64,000 nt of DNA, from positions 281,155 through 345,154 of IMG/VR virus record IMGVR_UViG_3300023184_000025; one strand, given 5' to 3'. Under the pieces are notes generated by a model. It was not told the origin of the DNA and searched no databases. It saw only the letters and a program-made list of their open reading frames with translations. Shown here piece by piece: positions 8,349 to 17,191 of this stretch; the first letter of the stretch is position 1; every line of letters starts with the position of its first letter. The translations under genes were made by a program, and so were the position numbers.

Positions 8349-8993
8349 TTACTTATTGATTATACTGTCAACAAAGTCTAATAGCAATGCATAATGGCTA
8401 CCTTGATGATATTTGCCCTTCATCCAACTGTAACTATCATACCAATGCCGTTCACTTTCAGGATGACACCCTATTAATCCAATTTGGTTTTGAATTATGG
8501 CCATTGGATCACCATTGGCATAACGAGCAACAGTTTCGAACTTAGACTCGTCTCCAACTAAAGCGCACCCGTCATACCAAAACATGTTTGTGGGAGTGCC
8601 GTTCCAGGTTATACTGATATTTTTTGCATGCGGCCTGCGAGTATCAGTGTCAGGGCGTGTTATATACTGTACTGCATCAACGCCGTCTAGCAAATTAAAA
8701 TACTCACTGCCAGCCCAGTATGCACCCATACAGATACCAAGGTATGCTCCACCACGATTAACAAATTCCTGTATCCTAAGTCCGTTTTCTCTAGTTAAAA
8801 AATTAAAATTACTGGCATCTCCCAGACCACCGGGAAAACATATCATGTCAACATCGTCAAAAAAATCCGCCTCTAATTCCTGGCGGGTGAATATTTTAAA
8901 TGTGTAGTTTGACGAAAGGGCTTTAATGATACCGTTGCCACTTTGCACGGAGCAATATGGTTGGTGCAAAAATAATGCAATGCGACCGTTCAT
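8349..8993 (-). CDS. class I glutamine amidotransferase-like (BPL_N-type) protein
   Basis: FPGG, GGAYLGICMGAY nucleophile elbow, GCHPE. Confidence 0.75.
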   Translation of the reverse strand: MNGRIALFLHQPYCSVQSGNGIIKALSSNYTFKIFTRQELEADFFDDVDMICFPGGLGDASNFNFLTRENGLRIQEFVNRGGAYLGICMGAYWAGSEYFNLLDGVDAVQYITRPDTDTRRPHAKNISITWNGTPTNMFWYDGCALVGDESKFETVARYANGDPMAIIQNQIGLIGCHPESERHWYDSYSWMKGKYHQGSHYALLLDFVDSIINK

Positions 8994-8995
8994 GA

Positions 8996-9127
8996 TTATT
9001 TGTGTGGTTTTAAAAAGTCATCGTCTTTTGAATCTTCATCAAATTTGGACCAATCGTAGGTAGCAACTGAATATATCCAATATCCATACAGTCCAAAAAT
9101 TAAAATTAATAAAATTAGATTAGACAT
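8996..9127 (-). CDS. small single-pass membrane protein (43 aa)
   Basis: Manual translation MSNLILLILIFGLYGYWIYSVATYDW... Confidence 0.6.
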   Translation of the reverse strand: MSNLILLILIFGLYGYWIYSVATYDWSKFDEDSKDDDFLKPHK

Positions 9128-9141
9128 ACTACTCGAGATAT

Positions 9142-9654
9142 TTAGTCAACAGTTTTATTGACTGTTACCCCGGACTTTTCTAAAAATTTTACCCCTGAAT
9201 CATCTCGGTATGCTTCTCCGTAAAATACTCTGCGTATTCCGGATTGATAAATCAGTTTAGCGCATTCAATGCAGGGAGCATGAGTAACAAACAAATCAGC
9301 ACCGTCGCCACTTTCTGTGCTCTTGGCCAATTTTGCAATGGCGTTAGTTTCAGCATGAAGTACCTCTGGTTTAGTTTTTAATCCGTATCTATACTCTTCT
9401 TCAGCATCTTCGTTATATTCTGTATACGGATACATCGATTCAAACTCATCGGGACTAATCCATCCTCCTGCTCCAGAGTCATATACTTTATCTTCGCAAT
9501 TATTATCCCAACCAGCCGGCATACCATTGTAGCCAATTGAGATGATTCTATCATCCTTGACCACAATAGCACCCACATGCAATCTACGAGCATGACTAAG
9601 TTTGGCAAATGTTTTAGCAACATCCATATAGGCCTGAATAAATTTCTGTTTCAT
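9142..9654 (-). CDS. dCMP deaminase
   Basis: GYNG, HAETNAI and PCIECAK zinc motifs. Confidence 0.9.
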   Translation of the reverse strand: MKQKFIQAYMDVAKTFAKLSHARRLHVGAIVVKDDRIISIGYNGMPAGWDNNCEDKVYDSGAGGWISPDEFESMYPYTEYNEDAEEEYRYGLKTKPEVLHAETNAIAKLAKSTESGDGADLFVTHAPCIECAKLIYQSGIRRVFYGEAYRDDSGVKFLEKSGVTVNKTVD

Positions 9655-9655
9655 A

Positions 9656-10261
9656 TTAGTCTACACTTGGCCCATTGCCGTTTTTAAAGCCCACCTTTCC
9701 ACCTTCAGATTCAATGCGTTTGATCACATCTTCGAATAAAATGGGTGTGTAATCGGTTTGCTCCACGCACACACAGTGATATCGCGGATCAATGTAGTTG
9801 CTGTAGATAACTTCTCCAGTATCAGCGTGTGCGCCACGAGGCTTCATCACACGGTTAGCGTGAGTGTGTCCGTGAATGTTCACACCAAAGCGACCCAAAC
9901 TTGCTTCATGCACAGGGATGTGGCTCAAGATCATTCCGTTCATCACATGATATGCTCGCAACTCACGAAAGTATTTGCGATATTCCTCATCACGAAAGAT
10001 ATCGTGATTACCACGGATCAGGACCTTGTCACCATTCAAGCGGGCCATTGTTGGTAATGCTTTACGATTGATGACCACATCACCCAAATGATAGACCTTG
10101 TCGTTGGGCCGCACACGGTCATTCCAACGACAAATCATTTCTTCATCCATTTCCTCAGCCGAGTCCCAGGGACGAAGTTTTGTAACACCATCGTTACGTG
10201 TGAAGCGACATACACCAGTATGTCCAAAATGTGTGTCGCTGACTAAAAATACACTAGGCAT
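9656..10261 (-). CDS. calcineurin-like metallophosphoesterase
   Basis: SDTHFGH, HLGD, RGNHD, HGHTH motifs. Confidence 0.85.
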   Translation of the reverse strand: MPSVFLVSDTHFGHTGVCRFTRNDGVTKLRPWDSAEEMDEEMICRWNDRVRPNDKVYHLGDVVINRKALPTMARLNGDKVLIRGNHDIFRDEEYRKYFRELRAYHVMNGMILSHIPVHEASLGRFGVNIHGHTHANRVMKPRGAHADTGEVIYSNYIDPRYHCVCVEQTDYTPILFEDVIKRIESEGGKVGFKNGNGPSVD

Positions 10262-10285
10262 ATATTGCTCCTTTCTTTAACTTAG

Positions 10286-10314
10286 ATTATACAATTGTTT
10301 GAGTTACCAGTCAA
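10286..10314 (-). promoter_or_regulatory. sigma70-type promoter
   Basis: TTGACT-17bp-TATAAT. Confidence 0.8.
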
Positions 10315-10332
10315 CTGTTTTTGTAATAAAAA

Positions 10333-10532
10333 ATAGTTAAAGGCACTACCCTGTGTTTAAAGCATTAGGTTTTATCAACGGTATCAGCGTTGCCGTAACA
10401 CTCCCATCAGCATGTTCAACCAAGTGCCACTTGGCTCGGCCAGTATATCGGCTACAGTAGGCTATGGGTGATCACTTCCCTGGTAGTTAGGATCTGCTGG
10501 CTAAGCTTTCTTTCGCTCACGCCTTTAACTAT
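10333..10532 (-). ncRNA. candidate structured RNA (about 200 nt) downstream of rpoZ
   Basis: Terminal ATAGTTAAAGGC/GCCTTTAACTAT helix, several internal helices, trailing U tract. Confidence 0.5.
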
Positions 10533-10536
10533 TACA

Positions 10537-10785
10537 TTAAAAAACTTTGTCAGAACGTCTAGGTCGACGGTCTGGATTTTTCACTTCTGTAGGTTTTAAC
10601 AAATACTCTCTACCCACATGTCCTGCTTCAATTTCCTTAAGAGCAGTGACTACTGCTCCGTTGGTGGAAGCAATGTGTGAGCGATAACCATTGCGAAGTT
10701 CTCTAACTCTGCGAGTTGCAATTAGCACAAGATCAAATCGGTTACCAACTTGTTCTACTGCGTCTTCTGATGTAATTCTTGCCAT
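10537..10785 (-). CDS. rpoZ: RNA polymerase omega subunit
   Basis: MARITSEDAVEQVGNRFDLVLIATRRVREL...VTALKEIEAG matches the omega consensus. Confidence 0.85.
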   Translation of the reverse strand: MARITSEDAVEQVGNRFDLVLIATRRVRELRNGYRSHIASTNGAVVTALKEIEAGHVGREYLLKPTEVKNPDRRPRRSDKVF

Positions 10786-10793
10786 GTTAATCC

Positions 10794-11969
10794 TTAAAGG
10801 TATTTTTGATGTAGGCGTTGTGAGTCATCGCCTAAGTCTTTTATTAATTTAGCATTGTAATAAAAGTGTTCTGTGTGATTGTTGTAATAGTTTTTTAAAT
10901 CATTAATGCTGTGATCTGCAATTAATTTTTTAATTGATTGTATAGCCATTGATACCCTGTCATGAAAATCACGCACTCCTTGATACCTGTAATCAATTAA
11001 GTCATGCGGAAACCAAAATCCTTGTGCTTCTAAATTGCTTACTGCGTTATAACAAAGAGGTATAGCTACCAAATGATGCCAGAAAGCTCTCATGGTTTTC
11101 TCTGTGAATGCTTGATGTAAATCATTATTTTTTGTTTCTCTAATTACCGAAGCAAAGCAACAGCGGTTGTTATTCCATGTAAAACTATCAACAAAACAAA
11201 ATTGTTGAACTCTTTTTTTAATTGCAGTATTGTTGTTGATATTTTTTATTTTAACCTCACCATCGCTGTTGACTTTTGTGTCATACAATGATGATATCAA
11301 ATCAATAGTGTCCTGACTTTTAAAATAAGTGATCTGTTCTGCATAGTCTAATAACACTTGTTTTGGTGGCAATTTATACAGGCTATCAAATAAACAATGA
11401 TCTAAAAACTCTAATACTCGCATTGCAATATATGATCTATCATTGTAGTGTTTTGTACCACCAGCCCAATAACTAAAATGATATTGCATCATTTTATTTT
11501 TTTCAGTGACTATGTCTGGGTGACTAACAAATTCACCAGGACTAAAACAAGTACGATAAGCACTTTCGCAATAGGCCCAGGACAACTCAACAATTGAAAA
11601 CGATTTTTCGTGATAAATGTTGCACCATTCTTTCCACCAATTTTTCATTCCTAAACTCTGACTTAACACCACAGTGATGTTTTCTATATCAGCACATTTT
11701 GTTCGTAACCACTGATGTAGATAAACCATTAACTCTTCGCTGATGTATTCTTGGTACAATATAGCCACAGGCTGTGCAAAACTTGTACCAAAATCAAAAT
11801 GTTGTGTTAATGCATCAAGTTTAGAAAAAACAAACTGTTTTAATTCAGTAGAATTTAACGTATCAGTGTTGGATATAAGATCGTCGCCAATTCTACAGGC
11901 TATTTTGTAGTTTGCTGGTTGTTGATGTGTTCTGATGTACCTAACAACATCTTCGTTGGCAACGTTCAT
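10794..11969 (-). CDS. hypothetical protein with GT10-like C-terminal region (ET..TEKT family)
   Basis: IRETK..FTEKT..GFWFP..IDYRY..D..DR; paralogous to 21834..22922. Confidence 0.45.
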   Translation of the reverse strand: MNVANEDVVRYIRTHQQPANYKIACRIGDDLISNTDTLNSTELKQFVFSKLDALTQHFDFGTSFAQPVAILYQEYISEELMVYLHQWLRTKCADIENITVVLSQSLGMKNWWKEWCNIYHEKSFSIVELSWAYCESAYRTCFSPGEFVSHPDIVTEKNKMMQYHFSYWAGGTKHYNDRSYIAMRVLEFLDHCLFDSLYKLPPKQVLLDYAEQITYFKSQDTIDLISSLYDTKVNSDGEVKIKNINNNTAIKKRVQQFCFVDSFTWNNNRCCFASVIRETKNNDLHQAFTEKTMRAFWHHLVAIPLCYNAVSNLEAQGFWFPHDLIDYRYQGVRDFHDRVSMAIQSIKKLIADHSINDLKNYYNNHTEHFYYNAKLIKDLGDDSQRLHQKYL

Positions 11970-12400
11970 GAGTATTCGTAATTGACAGTTGAATCGTTGA
12001 CTCTAAAGGTATTTGCGCCGTTTTTGATGTGAAATTTTCTAGCCATTTCAGTGGGTGGACTAAGAGTAACAAATCTTTTAATATTGGGTTTATTTTCTCT
12101 TATGTGTCGAACTGCATCAAAGATGAGTTCGCGGCCTGCACCAGGAGCATAACTCCAGATAGTGTAGAATACTACAATACTAGGATCGTTTACTGGTTCA
12201 AATAATTCGCTTTCATCAAGCGGAACAATGTTTTGGTAGCTAGCACAAGTGATGGCTTTGGCTTTACCACTTTCGTCACGGAGTACAAATATATCTCTAT
12301 TTGTGCCTATGCGACTACTGGTTGGGATGTGAGGACGAACTGGATCTTCTTTGAGCAGTTCAATGATGTTGTCTGAAAATGATTGTACAAAGTGTAGCAT
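11966..12400 (-). CDS. GNAT-fold protein resembling the malonyl-CoA decarboxylase catalytic domain
   Basis: VVFYTIWS..GAGRELI..IKRFVTLSP; start moved to MLHF because the longer ORF overlaps tRNAs. Confidence 0.5.
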   Translation of the reverse strand: MLHFVQSFSDNIIELLKEDPVRPHIPTSSRIGTNRDIFVLRDESGKAKAITCASYQNIVPLDESELFEPVNDPSIVVFYTIWSYAPGAGRELIFDAVRHIRENKPNIKRFVTLSPPTEMARKFHIKNGANTFRVNDSTVNYEYS

Positions 12401-12453
12401 GTTAACCTTATATATGACGTTATGTGTGTATTTAATATTAAAGACTAATATAA

Positions 12454-12528
12454 TGGCCGGTCCTGAGAGGATCGAACTCCCACCCTCTGTTTCGAAGACA
12501 GAGATGATATCCATTTCACCAAGGACCG
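12454..12528 (-). tRNA. tRNA-Arg(UCG)
   Basis: Cloverleaf, anticodon loop CTTCGAA, CCA encoded. Confidence 0.85.
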
Positions 12529-12531
12529 ATG

Positions 12532-12605
12532 TGGTGCTCTCAACAAGAATTGAACTTGTGTTTCGCCCTTACCAAGGGCGTGTAATGCCATTATACTATG
12601 AGAGC
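12532..12605 (-). tRNA. tRNA-Thr(GGU)
   Basis: Cloverleaf, loop TTGGTAA, CCA. Confidence 0.9.
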
Positions 12606-12646
12606 AGAATTTGTAATATTGATAAAGTTTTAATGTAAATAAAAAC

Positions 12647-13372
12647 ATGCCTAATTATGATTCCTTTTATAAAAATCTTGCTAACAAAACTGTAGACTGG
12701 TTGCCCATGGACACTGAAGAATTATACAAGAAAAATCTTGACAAACGCCACGGTGATCTAGTACTACAGGGCTGGATAGATAATCACTTTACATATGAAT
12801 TTAACTCACATGGGTTTAGGTGTAAAGAGTTTACCGACAAACCTAGTATCATGTTTCTTGGATGTAGTTTTACAATGGGTATGGGATTACCTGTAGACTT
12901 AATTTGGCCTGAGTTAGTATCAAAGAATCTAAATTTACAATGTGTTAATCTTGGCATTGCCGGCTCCTCTGCTGATACAGCATTTAGGTTATGCCATGGA
13001 TGGCTAGATAAAATTAATCCAAACACAGTTATTTTTATGCAACCCCCGGGCATAAGATGTGAACTGGTAACCGACGATAGTATTAAAAATGTAGATATTG
13101 AAGATCCATCAACAAAAGAGTTTATCAAACTTTGGACAGTAGACGAAAATAATAATTATTTCAACACTGAAAAAAATACATTAGGTATACAAATGCTGTG
13201 TACTGCCAAAGGAATCAAGTTTGTTACAGTTAATGCTAACACACTCACATCAAGCTACTCTAATTCATTTGGTAGAGACCTTTGCCATCCGGGCATTGAC
13301 AGGCATCGAGTTTTTGCTGAACGATTGTCAATGAAGCTTGGAGCGGGTAGAGAGAATCGAACTCTCAACTAA
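12647..13372 (+). CDS. SGNH/GDSL-like hydrolase/acyltransferase-type protein
   Basis: FLGCSFTMG, NLGIAGSS, DLCHPG; TAAATA 5 nt upstream; 3' end overlaps tRNA-Gly antisense. Confidence 0.65.
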   Translation: MPNYDSFYKNLANKTVDWLPMDTEELYKKNLDKRHGDLVLQGWIDNHFTYEFNSHGFRCKEFTDKPSIMFLGCSFTMGMGLPVDLIWPELVSKNLNLQCVNLGIAGSSADTAFRLCHGWLDKINPNTVIFMQPPGIRCELVTDDSIKNVDIEDPSTKEFIKLWTVDENNNYFNTEKNTLGIQMLCTAKGIKFVTVNANTLTSSYSNSFGRDLCHPGIDRHRVFAERLSMKLGAGRENRTLN

Positions 13373-13412
13373 ACCTTGGCAAGGTCTCGGGTTACCATTA
13401 CACCATACCCGC
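13339..13412 (-). tRNA. tRNA-Gly(GCC)
   Basis: Cloverleaf, loop TTGCCAA, CCA. Confidence 0.9.
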
Positions 13413-13422
13413 ATTAAATAAC

Positions 13423-13893
13423 TCAAGCTACTTTTAAAGTTTTGAAACGATCAGCGGCATAGCTTGCGGCAAATGCGTTGGGTTTAACAAACGGTACAAC
13501 ATTACATGTTCCTTTAATATAGCCAATAGCCTGGCTAATAACACAGCTAGATCCATACTGATCATCAGGGTTAATGTCCAAGTGGACTTGAACCTGTCTA
13601 CCTTCAAATACATCTGCTAGCTTTAGGTACAACTCGCTAACTTTATACACTTCGGACATGAGGCGCATTGCTGGCCTATTGACTTTGTGATCGTAATCAC
13701 GTTCACGTTGTACCTCACCAAATAACTTACAACCGTTATTTCCGTTAATGTGTACAACAATAGCCAAGACGTAGTCAGCATACCACTGACCGTCAACACG
13801 CATACGTTCAGAATCACAGCCTAGATAAATTTTAGTATCTGGCCCTTGCGCTTCAATAAAGCTCTTGATTTCTTCTAGATTAATTTTTTTCAT
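13423..13893 (-). CDS. RNase H-like YkuK/DUF458 family protein
   Basis: IYLGCDS, VHLDIN, VKPNAFAASYAAD. Confidence 0.75.
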   Translation of the reverse strand: MKKINLEEIKSFIEAQGPDTKIYLGCDSERMRVDGQWYADYVLAIVVHINGNNGCKLFGEVQRERDYDHKVNRPAMRLMSEVYKVSELYLKLADVFEGRQVQVHLDINPDDQYGSSCVISQAIGYIKGTCNVVPFVKPNAFAASYAADRFKTLKVA

Positions 13894-13904
13894 GATTACC
13901 TCAG

Positions 13905-14684
13905 TTACGAGCTGGCATCAAGTACATGACTATACATGATGTCCTTTACTGTAGCAGTCCTTTCATTTTTGTTTTTGCTTCCCAATACCACAATCACGTA
14001 GTCTTTGTCTTTTTGTGTCACAAACAAACTCATACACCAACCTGCGGCATTGGTAAGACCAGTTTTGCTAATCACAATGTTGTTAAATTCAAACAACAAT
14101 GGTTGATTGGTATTGGTTAAGTTTACAATTTGAGATTTTTTCTTGACCTGTGTTTCAATTGAAACAGTTTTCTTAACTGATGCTTCTTTAATAAACCAAT
14201 AGCCGGATGCTGTTTGCACCATGTTGGCCACGTCATATACTGTGCTTACATTAAACACACTTAGGCCAGTTGGGTCAATAAATGCAGTATTATTCATTCC
14301 CCACACTTTGGCATGTAGGTTCATTTGTTTAACAAATTCGCTTCTTCCACCAGGATAATCTTCAGCAATAGTTTCGGCCGCGGCGTTGTCACTGCGAACT
14401 AGCATTGCATTTAACAGTTCGTATCTGGTGTAATATTGTCGTGGAATACTACTTGGAACACGACCACTAAGTAAAAGTTTTCTACCTAGGTCTTTGTTGT
14501 AGTCAAGTGTGACCATTGCGGTCATTAATTTAGTAATACTAGCAATAGGACGAATTTCTTCACCGTTGTGTACATATTGTGGTTTGTTGGAGACCACATC
14601 CAAGACTAATATACTTGAATCACTAGGAAATGCATAAGTGGGTATGCTAACCAGCATTGCAAGCATTATAAAAAGTCTCTTCAT
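13905..14684 (-). CDS. D-alanyl-D-alanine carboxy/endopeptidase (peptidase S11, PBP7-like)
   Basis: Signal peptide; SITK, SDN and KTG penicillin-binding motifs. Confidence 0.9.
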   Translation of the reverse strand: MKRLFIMLAMLVSIPTYAFPSDSSILVLDVVSNKPQYVHNGEEIRPIASITKLMTAMVTLDYNKDLGRKLLLSGRVPSSIPRQYYTRYELLNAMLVRSDNAAAETIAEDYPGGRSEFVKQMNLHAKVWGMNNTAFIDPTGLSVFNVSTVYDVANMVQTASGYWFIKEASVKKTVSIETQVKKKSQIVNLTNTNQPLLFEFNNIVISKTGLTNAAGWCMSLFVTQKDKDYVIVVLGSKNKNERTATVKDIMYSHVLDASS

Positions 14685-14717
14685 GATGCTTCCTTTGTTC
14701 TATTATATATGCTAAAT

Positions 14718-14794
14718 TGGTGCCCCAGAGGAGACTCGAACTCCTAAAATTTGGCTTCTAAGACCAACACGTATACCAATTCCGTCACCGGGGC
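14718..14794 (-). tRNA. tRNA-Leu(UAG) with short variable loop
   Basis: TTGGT-CTTAGAA-GCCAA then only ATTTT before the T-stem; CCA. Confidence 0.85.
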
Positions 14795-14957
14795 TTTAAA
14801 TACAGTATGATTAATTGTAACACATCTACTGATATATTGTATGAGAAATTGGCAAAACAGTCTTATATTTCTCCAACTTACCATAGCACACATCGTGTGT
14901 TTGTTCCTGATCCACTGCTGAATACACCCAAACCTAAGTTTATTCCTGATCCATTAT

Positions 14958-15033
14958 TGGTACCAAGAGACGGGATCGAACCGTCCACACCCGGATTTTC
15001 AGTCCGGTGCTCTACCAACTGAGCTATCTTGGC
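14958..15033 (-). tRNA. tRNA-Phe(GAA)
   Basis: Canonical cloverleaf, CCA. Confidence 0.95.
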
Positions 15034-15035
15034 AT

Positions 15036-15111
15036 TGGGGTAACTAATGGGAATCGAACCCATATTAACGGAATCACAATCCGTGGTGTTAACCTTTACA
15101 CTATAGTCACC
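15036..15111 (-). tRNA. tRNA-His(GUG)
   Basis: G-1 present, loop TTGTGAT, CCA. Confidence 0.92.
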
Positions 15112-15116
15112 ATAGA

Positions 15117-15401
15117 TTAATCTTGGTCAGGCGGTAATCCATTACTGCGTCGATCACGAAGAGTATCAGTGTTCTGAAACATTCGTTTCTCTTGCTGTGT
15201 CAACTCTTTAAACGTTTTCCTGGGATTACCGCACATTACACAATTTGGGTTGCCACAGTTCATAGCATGATGCTTGGCAAACTTATGTGGTTCTTCAACT
15301 GGTATCCCAAATTCTTTGGCAATCTTTACCTGCTTGTTAATAGCATTATCATCTTTAAGCAATCGCTTGCTATGTTTGAATTTATCGTTTTCGTCTGACA
15401 T
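15117..15401 (-). CDS. hypothetical basic protein with HH..C..C..C motif
   Basis: KHHAMNCGNPNCVMCGNPRK; GGAG RBS. Confidence 0.7.
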   Translation of the reverse strand: MSDENDKFKHSKRLLKDDNAINKQVKIAKEFGIPVEEPHKFAKHHAMNCGNPNCVMCGNPRKTFKELTQQEKRMFQNTDTLRDRRSNGLPPDQD

Positions 15402-15415
15402 TGAATACTCCTATA

Positions 15416-15505
15416 TGGTGGAAGCGGTGAGATTCGAACTCACGGACCCTTGCGAGCCGACAGTTTTCAAGACTGTTGCCATAAACCTGACTCGACCACA
15501 CTTCC
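15416..15505 (-). tRNA. tRNA-Ser(UGA)
   Basis: Long variable arm, loop CTTGAAA, CCA. Confidence 0.92.
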
Positions 15506-15508
15506 TGA

Positions 15509-15946
15509 TTATTCTACTTCAGGGGCAGGTTTAACTTTCCCCCATTCAATAAAATTAAATACTCTCTCTACAATAAAGAAAAAAGTCATATTTGTCAATG
15601 CCTGTGCTATTGCAAATAGCACAGCGTCGGACCCACTGCTTTTAATAATGAATATGGCTATGAGATATCCAACAAACATAGTTATTGCACGATAGATAAT
15701 GGTTTTAATTACACTACGTTTGATATTGTCAACTCCTGAATTGTTTCTTGCCCAACCAGTAAGCAACCACAACCTGTCATGCACATAATAAATTGCTGTG
15801 CCTACTACAATTATAATTAAGCCAACCATACCAGCTGACGACATGCTGGCGCCAACCAGCAGTGATAACAACATGGCAGCTACCACAGAGAAAAATCTGT
15901 ATATAACTGCTTTTACTATTGTTCTTGTTTGTGTTTCTTTTATCAT
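15509..15946 (-). CDS. DUF2061-type membrane protein (tandem duplicated unit)
   Basis: Two R(T/S)(I/V)(V/I)K..IYR repeats with TM helices and HDRLW / ERVF ends. Confidence 0.65.
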   Translation of the reverse strand: MIKETQTRTIVKAVIYRFFSVVAAMLLSLLVGASMSSAGMVGLIIIVVGTAIYYVHDRLWLLTGWARNNSGVDNIKRSVIKTIIYRAITMFVGYLIAIFIIKSSGSDAVLFAIAQALTNMTFFFIVERVFNFIEWGKVKPAPEVE

Positions 15947-15968
15947 ATTACTTCCTTATATTTAATAC

Positions 15969-16042
15969 TGGCGTACCCACTAGGACTCGAACCTAGACTG
16001 ACGGTTTTGGAGACCGCGATGCTGCCATTACACTATGGATAC
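15969..16042 (-). tRNA. tRNA-Trp(CCA)
   Basis: Loop CTCCAAA, CCA. Confidence 0.9.
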
Positions 16043-16046
16043 AAAT

Positions 16047-16124
16047 TGGAACAACGGGTGAGATTTGAACTCACGACTTTACGGATTTGCAATCCGTTGC
16101 TTTTGACCACTCAGCCACCGTTGC
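16047..16124 (-). tRNA. tRNA-Cys(GCA)
   Basis: Loop TTGCAAA, U73, CCA. Confidence 0.9.
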
Positions 16125-16129
16125 ATAAT

Positions 16130-16206
16130 TGGTCGGAATAGTAGGATTCGAACCTACGACCTCCTGGTCCCAAACCAGGCGCACTACCAGGCTGTGCTAC
16201 ACTCCG
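16130..16206 (-). tRNA. tRNA-Pro(UGG)
   Basis: Loop TTTGGGA, CCA. Confidence 0.93.
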
Positions 16207-16212
16207 AATAAC

Positions 16213-16287
16213 TGGTGGGTGATGAGAGGATCGAACTCCCGACAAACTGCGTGTAAGGCAGCGACTCTACCGCTGAGCTAATCACCC
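16213..16287 (-). tRNA. tRNA-Val(UAC)
   Basis: Loop CTTACAC, CCA. Confidence 0.92.
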
Positions 16288-16293
16288 TAAACA

Positions 16294-16367
16294 TGGAGCG
16301 GGGTAAGAGAATCGAACTCTCAGCATTAGCTTGGAAGGCTAAGGTATTACCACTATACGAACCCCGC
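16294..16367 (-). tRNA. tRNA-Gly(UCC)
   Basis: Loop CTTCCAA, CCA. Confidence 0.92.
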
Positions 16368-16385
16368 ATTGTAATTTACTTATAT

Positions 16386-16460
16386 TGGTAGCCATGGACA
16401 GTTTCGAAATGTCGACCCCGACCTTATCAAGATCGTGCTCTTCCTCTGAGCTACACGGCT
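16386..16460 (-). tRNA. tRNA-Ile(GAU)
   Basis: Loop TTGATAA; T-stem has one mismatch; CCA. Confidence 0.85.
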
Positions 16461-16466
16461 AAAATC

Positions 16467-16543
16467 TGGCAGGAGATATAGGATTCGAACCTATGCGTGT
16501 CGGAATCAAAATCCGATGCCTTAACCAACTTGGCGAATCTCCA
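16467..16543 (-). tRNA. tRNA-Gln(UUG)
   Basis: Loop TTTTGAT, U1:U72 mismatch, CCA. Confidence 0.9.
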
Positions 16544-16551
16544 ACAAAGCC

Positions 16552-16627
16552 TGGTGGTAATGGCTGGACTCGAACCAGCGATAGACTGCGTATGAAGCAG
16601 TTGCATTGGCCACTATGCTACATTACC
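16552..16627 (-). tRNA. tRNA with CAU anticodon (elongator Met, or Ile2)
   Basis: Loop TTCATAC, CCA. Confidence 0.85.
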
Positions 16628-16742
16628 ATATAGAGGCACTCTCAACAGCAGGCCTAGGAGGCAATCTGGTTGCTGAAACTTTTGCATCTGCAGATACTCA
16701 GTTTCTTCTCCTGCTTTGACTTACGCCAAGAATGCTTTTATA

Positions 16743-16818
16743 TGGTAGGACGTATTGGATTCGAACCAATGACCAATAGATTAAAAGTCTACTGCTCTAC
16801 CAACTGAGCTAACGTCCC
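16743..16818 (-). tRNA. tRNA-Lys(UUU)
   Basis: Loop CTTTTAA, CCA. Confidence 0.95.
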
Positions 16819-16869
16819 ACTAATCTTCTCACTCTTATCACTGTCCATGTGGACTCTCCTTAAAAACTA

Positions 16870-16945
16870 TGGTGGAGGATACAGGGATCGAACCTGCGAC
16901 CTACTGGTTGCAAACCAGTCGCTCTCCCAACTGAGCTAATCCCCC
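16870..16945 (-). tRNA. tRNA-Ala(UGC)
   Basis: G3:U70, loop TTTGCAA, CCA. Confidence 0.95.
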
Positions 16946-16951
16946 AAATAC

Positions 16952-17028
16952 TGGTACCACCTGAGCGAGTTGAACGCCCTACCCCCAAGTTCGTAGCCTG
17001 GTGCTCTATCCAAATGAGCTAAGGTGGT
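16952..17028 (-). tRNA. tRNA-Arg(ACG)
   Basis: Loop CTACGAA, CCA. Confidence 0.9.
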
Positions 17029-17034
17029 ATAAAA

Positions 17035-17110
<76 letters not shown>

Positions 17111-17115
17111 TTGTT

Positions 17116-17191
17116 TGGCTCCTCGACCTGGGCTCGAACCAGGGACAACTTGATTAACAGTCAAGTGCTCTACCAACTGAGCTATCAAGGA
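17116..17191 (-). tRNA. tRNA-Asn(GUU)
   Basis: Loop CTGTTAA, CCA. Confidence 0.95.
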
